From contig SUPR01000059.1 in assembly GCA_005191425.1 (NCBI GenBank), forward strand, positions 1 through 22,361: a DNA stretch of 22,361 nucleotides. Direction: 5' to 3'. Below the pieces are notes generated by a model. It saw only the letters and a program-made list of their open reading frames with translations, did not search any database and had not been told where the DNA came from. Origin of the DNA: Candidatus Helarchaeota ASGARD archaeon Hel_GB_B. Its GTDB lineage: Archaea; Asgardarchaeota; Lokiarchaeia; Helarchaeales; HEL-GB-B. Below, one piece after another: positions 17,765 to 22,361 of this stretch. A program made the translations under genes and the position numbers. Within the stretch, counting starts at the first letter, position 1, and every line of letters starts with the position of its first letter.

Positions 17765-20700
17765 TCATAATTTTTTTCGTAATCGCCTTATCCAAGGTTT
17801 TATCTCACTCCAATCATATCTAAGAATTTCAGGTTCAAATTTTAAATTCCAATTTTTTAATTTCCTTTTAATTAATTCTTTAAGTTCAATATCATAACAA
17901 ATAATAACAATATTGACATTGGATAATTGCACCTCTTGAATTGAAAGATCTGTCCTTAATTGTTCTATTTCATTTTCTTCAAAAATTAAATTTATTATTA
18001 TGGAAAAGTTAGGTAAAAATATATCATAATTTATTTCTATGTCAAATGCTTTATTGTCTGTCCTAAAACTGATATCATTATTAGATAACTGTTCAATTAT
18101 ATTTTTTTTAAGTATTTTTTTCCCAGATATTCTATTAGCCCAGCCATAATATATATCATATAAATTATTATTGTCTAAATTATATATTTTATAACTTTTT
18201 AAGTTTTTAATAGGAGCTATTTTTTTTTCTACTAATGAAATATTACACCCTAAATAATCTGAAATTTCTTCAACTTTAGGAAAATCAGTCCCAAATTTTT
18301 CAAGTAATACATCGGGATAATAATCAGAGAAATCTTGTTTTATTTCTTCAATAATTTGATAATCATCAAGTTTTTCTAAAGATCTTTTATTAAAATTGAT
18401 GGTATCATTCATTTTTTTATTATCAATAAAAGAATTAAAGTGCATTGAATCTTGGCCTATATTATTTTTGGATTGACTATTATAAGTTAAAAATTGGAGG
18501 TTATGATTTAATCCATTTTCTATAAGTTTTTCTAATTCATTCCAATCATTATTATTAAAACTAAATACAAATATTTCATTATAATTCCATTTATTTAACC
18601 AATTTTTTATTTTAATTTTATCAGAAATAAAGCCTGTTATAATAATAAATTGATTTATTTCTTTTTCACAAGATTCCATCATTAAATCAGTAAATTGTTT
18701 TCTGAAATTATCTTGATTTATCATATTATATTCTTGGACATATAATTTGATCAAGATATTTTCCGTAAACCAAATATAATCAAACAAGCTGCCTTTTTCT
18801 GCATAACCAAATATTCCTGGTTGTACAAATTCACGTTCGATTAAATTTTTAACAGCATTTAACAAATAATCAGTCCCATCATTTAAGCAATACCATTTTT
18901 GCAATTTGTTTTTTTCAAAAACGGGCACTAATTTCGAAGATATAATTCCATTTTCAATCAGTTCTTCAATTTCAAGTTCAAATTCTTCAAGATTTATATT
19001 CAATTTAGCAATAATTTGATATTTATTAAGAGGATTTCTAATCAAAATATCGCGTAATTTAAGATAGAAATATTTTCCCTTGCTGGAAAGATTTTTCCAA
19101 TAAATTTTTTCCCAATCTTGAAGGTTAAAATCATTATCTTCAAAAATTTGATTTTGAATTTCATTGTGACTTAAATTTTGTTCATTATTTTTAATAATAT
19201 AATTATTTCTATCAAGATATACAATAGATTTGCCTCGTTTTGTTGGGTTGTTAGGTTGTTCATTATTGTTTTGAGTAGAATTACTTATTTCAATATAATT
19301 TTTTGAAGATCTTTGAATACTTGAACCGTCCATATCTAAATCATTTGTATTTTTATAAATAAAGGGAAAATGGAACTTATTGTTTTCATATATTTCTTTC
19401 TTTGAAACATGATCAAAATATGAATCAATTGTCCTGATCCTAAATGGATATGAAAAACTTGGGATTGTAATTATAGCCTCTCTTTTTGGCATTATTTTTA
19501 AGTATTCTTCTTGTTCTTTATTCAAATTTTGATAATTTGCAATTTTCTTGGCATCATAAGTACTTCTAAAGGACACTTTAATACCAGAATTACTTATAAT
19601 GTCTGGACTTATTTCAGGCCTTGTGGCGATTGTTATCATACTTTGTCCAACACCCCTTAATAATAATGGAATATCTTCACCCAAATTTGTTTCTGCAACT
19701 TCCCTTAAGATCGCTGGTAATAATAATTGAGAGTCTTCTATTACAATTATGTGTTTTAATTCTTGAGTTAGCCCACGGCGAAGAGCATTATCAAATATAA
19801 ATTTTAAAATTAAGTTCATCAGAAATCGGACATCTTGTTTAGTCCCACCATTACTTAGTAAATAGTTAAAATCAAAAATTACCTTCTTGTCCATCAAACT
19901 TTGAAATTTGAAATTTGTTTTATCTACATAAAAAATCTTTTTTAAATTTCCAGACCGAAATCTATCGAACCTGTTTTCTAATGAATTTATAGTCATTCGG
20001 ATTGTTGGATTTTTTGTTGAATTATTTCGGAGATAAATTTTAAGCTCTTCAAAAAAAGCTTTAAGACTTCTTTTAGAGGGATCGCATACCACTTCTTTTA
20101 TAACTTCGCGGCATACTTTTTCCATTTGGATTGAAAGTTCTGTTTTGTTTTGAAAATCAGATTTAAATAACTCGACTATTATTGAAAATAGTTTTCTTGC
20201 ATGCTCTTCCTCATTGCTATCATAAGGGTCGAACATATTTATCTGAAAAGGCGCTTCGATAGAACCTGGTCTGAGTACTAAAATAGGAATATTATCTTTA
20301 TTTTTTATTAACTCTACATAGTCACCTTTCCAGTCTAAACATATCCAATTTATTTCAGGATAAAACTTCGATATATTTTTCAGGATATTTTTTACAAATG
20401 TTGTTTTCCCCATTCCAATTAAACCGGTAACGAACATATTTAATCTAAGGTCCATAACATCCAGACCTACTTGAAATAAATCAGTTTTGTCTCTAAATAA
20501 TGCAGTCCCGATAACTAATTTTTGTTCTACAATATCTTTTGGTGGTATTTCAAAATTTGGGATATTAGTCCTATTTATTGAAGGAAATGGTTCTTCGGGT
20601 AAGTGTAAATATGTTGCAAGCCTTTCACTTGTTAATATTGAATCTTTGCCTAATTTATCTCTAATAATAAGTTTTGGTAAGATGTAATATAATAAATTTT

Positions 20701-22087
20701 TTTTAACTATTTCTAAATCGATTGAATGTTGATTACCACTAAATATTGAATCAATTATAGCAATTATTTTTTTTGAACTTCGTTGTATCTCTTCAAAATT
20801 ATAAGACCTTATAATAAAATATGCAGAAACCCGCCATAATGCAGTTATTTCAACATGTCTAATTTTCAATATTTTTTGTCGGAAATCGTTTTCGGGGATA
20901 TTTGTAAGGTCATAAAAAGGATTGTTTTCCCCATTTTTAAATTTATAAAGTTCAAAAGGCTGGAAATTAATGATAAAACTACCATTTGAAATATTACTAC
21001 CCAATATAGACATTATTAAATTGTCAATTTGAGTTCTTTTTGAATATGCCTTAATTTCTGGTTTTCCAATTAATTTTATTATCTGTAAATATAATTTCTT
21101 TTCTTTTTGGTTAATTTCTAAAATATCTTCCTCATTAATTTTTATATTAAATTTACCTATACCACCAATTACATCAGACCAAGCTTTTCTTAAGGCATCG
21201 CCATCTAAAATAGTAAATTTCAATTCTGGAAATGATGTTTTGTAGATTTCGATTATAATATCAATTTTTGACCTCAAATCTTTTAAAAGTTCCTCCAGAT
21301 TTTTCCCCTCCATTGTAAAAAATAATCTTAAATGAACTTTATTACTCTCTATTGTTATTTCATAACTAAAACTAACCTCTTCAAGATAATTAAATAATGC
21401 TGTAAGATGGTAATGTAAATAATGTTGGTTATTATTAACAAATATTTTTTCTATATTTTTCATCAACAGTCTATTTTCTCTGACTTGAATGTTTTTAGGG
21501 ATATTTGAAACTTCTAATATGGAAATAATCCTATAATAACCTTTTTTACTAGATAATACAACAGCTTGACCGATAATTTTATGATTTATAACTTTATATT
21601 TTAAGTTTCCTGCAATTAAATAATTTTTAATCAGAATATAAATAATAATTATTGACCAAATACCAAAAAATACTATAATTTTTAGTATCCACATACCTAT
21701 TATTAACATCGAATTAATTACTATAATTTGAATTTCAGAAGGAATAATACCCAGTCCAATAATCATTTCAGTAATACTTATTGTGATACCCAATAAGACA
21801 ATAATTAATTCAATTTTTTTTAAATATTTAGAGGTATTTTTTTTCGTTCTAAAATAATCTACGATGAGAATAGCAATACAAAAAAATAAAATTGTAAAAA
21901 TAAGGGCTGTATAAAATTTAAAATAGTTTAATATATTTCCTATAAATATTAAATTCGAGAATCGTATATTGTTTATCAAAATATTAATAACTAATAAAAT
22001 AACTCCATATATTAAAAAAATAAAAAAACAGATTTTTAATAAATTCACTCTACTTTTGAGACTTTTTTTATTTTTATAATGTTTCAC
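17765..22087 (-). CDS. Membrane-anchored HerA/VirB4-like (DUF87-type) P-loop ATPase with duplicated C-terminal modules
   Basis: 1440 aa with ~4-5 N-terminal TM segments. Walker A GLIGMGKTT, LDWKGDY, variant Walker B IVIEDSQ and LLRGVG Arg-finger region. An N/Q-rich linker is followed by two ~180-aa similar modules. GTG start. Confidence 0.8.
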   Translation of the reverse strand: MKHYKNKKSLKSRVNLLKICFFIFLIYGVILLVINILINNIRFSNLIFIGNILNYFKFYTALIFTILFFCIAILIVDYFRTKKNTSKYLKKIELIIVLLGITISITEMIIGLGIIPSEIQIIVINSMLIIGMWILKIIVFFGIWSIIIIYILIKNYLIAGNLKYKVINHKIIGQAVVLSSKKGYYRIISILEVSNIPKNIQVRENRLLMKNIEKIFVNNNQHYLHYHLTALFNYLEEVSFSYEITIESNKVHLRLFFTMEGKNLEELLKDLRSKIDIIIEIYKTSFPELKFTILDGDALRKAWSDVIGGIGKFNIKINEEDILEINQKEKKLYLQIIKLIGKPEIKAYSKRTQIDNLIMSILGSNISNGSFIINFQPFELYKFKNGENNPFYDLTNIPENDFRQKILKIRHVEITALWRVSAYFIIRSYNFEEIQRSSKKIIAIIDSIFSGNQHSIDLEIVKKNLLYYILPKLIIRDKLGKDSILTSERLATYLHLPEEPFPSINRTNIPNFEIPPKDIVEQKLVIGTALFRDKTDLFQVGLDVMDLRLNMFVTGLIGMGKTTFVKNILKNISKFYPEINWICLDWKGDYVELIKNKDNIPILVLRPGSIEAPFQINMFDPYDSNEEEHARKLFSIIVELFKSDFQNKTELSIQMEKVCREVIKEVVCDPSKRSLKAFFEELKIYLRNNSTKNPTIRMTINSLENRFDRFRSGNLKKIFYVDKTNFKFQSLMDKKVIFDFNYLLSNGGTKQDVRFLMNLILKFIFDNALRRGLTQELKHIIVIEDSQLLLPAILREVAETNLGEDIPLLLRGVGQSMITIATRPEISPDIISNSGIKVSFRSTYDAKKIANYQNLNKEQEEYLKIMPKREAIITIPSFSYPFRIRTIDSYFDHVSKKEIYENNKFHFPFIYKNTNDLDMDGSSIQRSSKNYIEISNSTQNNNEQPNNPTKRGKSIVYLDRNNYIIKNNEQNLSHNEIQNQIFEDNDFNLQDWEKIYWKNLSSKGKYFYLKLRDILIRNPLNKYQIIAKLNINLEEFELEIEELIENGIISSKLVPVFEKNKLQKWYCLNDGTDYLLNAVKNLIEREFVQPGIFGYAEKGSLFDYIWFTENILIKLYVQEYNMINQDNFRKQFTDLMMESCEKEINQFIIITGFISDKIKIKNWLNKWNYNEIFVFSFNNNDWNELEKLIENGLNHNLQFLTYNSQSKNNIGQDSMHFNSFIDNKKMNDTINFNKRSLEKLDDYQIIEEIKQDFSDYYPDVLLEKFGTDFPKVEEISDYLGCNISLVEKKIAPIKNLKSYKIYNLDNNNLYDIYYGWANRISGKKILKKNIIEQLSNNDISFRTDNKAFDIEINYDIFLPNFSIIINLIFEENEIEQLRTDLSIQEVQLSNVNIVIICYDIELKELIKRKLKNWNLKFEPEILRYDWSEIKPWIRRLRKKL

Positions 22088-22110
22088 ACCAGTATATTAT
22101 CCTAAAAAGT

Positions 22111-22118
22111 TATTTAAA
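22111..22118 (-). promoter_or_regulatory. Candidate TATA box (TTTAAATA) for a leaderless ATPase transcript
   Basis: Centre ~27 nt upstream of GTG 22087. Confidence 0.3.
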
Positions 22119-22161
22119 CACCTAAAAATAATATTTGCGACTTTCGTTTTAACAATATTTA

Positions 22162-22252
22162 AAGAACATTTGTCAGAAATTTGCGCAAAGAATCATTGAA
22201 ATCTTATCAAATTTCGTTCATTGCAGGTCAGTTTCATCATCCAAATGTTCTT
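22162..22252 (-). ncRNA. Box C/D 2'-O-methylation guide sRNA, predicted SSU rRNA helix-34 guide (U25/snR56-like)
   Basis: Minus strand: AAGAACATTTG-G-ATGATGA (C box 22240-22234), guide AACTGACCTGCA, ATGA (D' 22221-22218), 7-bp hairpin, ATGATTC (C' 22196-22190), TTTGCGCAAATTT, CTGA (D 22176-22173), CAAATGTTCTT. The terminal 11-mers are exact reverse complements and leave a 3-nt K-turn bulge. Confidence 0.88.
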
Positions 22253-22270
22253 ATAATAATTATATTTTGA

Positions 22271-22278
22271 AATATAAA
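22271..22278 (-). promoter_or_regulatory. Candidate TATA box (TTTATATT) for the C/D sRNA
   Basis: Centred about 22-25 nt upstream of the 5' end of the terminal stem, close to archaeal TATA spacing. Low specificity in AT-rich DNA. Confidence 0.45.
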
Positions 22279-22361
22279 TAAGGGGTTTTACCAAATTTGA
22301 ATTTTTTTTCGACTTAATTTTTAATCATTACTTTATAAATCTACCTCTAATTCTTTTAATG

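Noticed and set aside
20487-20687. 66-aa + strand ORF
   Set aside because: Antisense shadow inside the ATPase gene.
22333-22361. Possible 3' end of an upstream minus-strand gene (…LKELEVDL*)
   Set aside because: Only 9 codons are visible; cannot be supported.
1-22361. CRISPR array, tRNA/rRNA, transposase or integrase
   Set aside because: No regularly spaced repeats, cloverleafs, rRNA sequence or recombinase motifs were found by eye.

Overview
Very AT-rich archaeal chromosomal window. It is most consistent with an Asgard (Loki/Hel-like) archaeon: archaeal-type EF-2 paralog, aTrm11, GGTG(A) ribosome-binding sites, and frequent TTG/GTG starts. There are 12 complete protein genes with recognisable families plus a small Zn-ribbon ORF: GPH/MFS sugar transporter, glycoside-hydrolase-like TIM barrel, Cys-rich 4Fe-4S protein, acyl-CoA synthetase, PRMT-like methyltransferase, orphan amino-DNA methyltransferase, ADP-forming acyl-CoA synthetase alpha subunit, a tight trm11-rnz-EF-2 paralog operon, a B12 radical SAM enzyme and a 1440-aa membrane-anchored HerA/VirB4-like ATPase. 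A frameshifted GH4 remnant and a second decayed coding stretch are also present. The most striking feature outside the ORF track is a ~91-nt box C/D guide RNA on the minus strand (22162-22252). It has a perfect 11-bp terminal stem and canonical K-turn geometry. Its D' guide is complementary to small-subunit rRNA helix 34, in the register I recall for human U25/SNORD25 and yeast snR56. No CRISPR array, tRNA, rRNA or transposase was seen. All family assignments come from motif recognition, not database searches.
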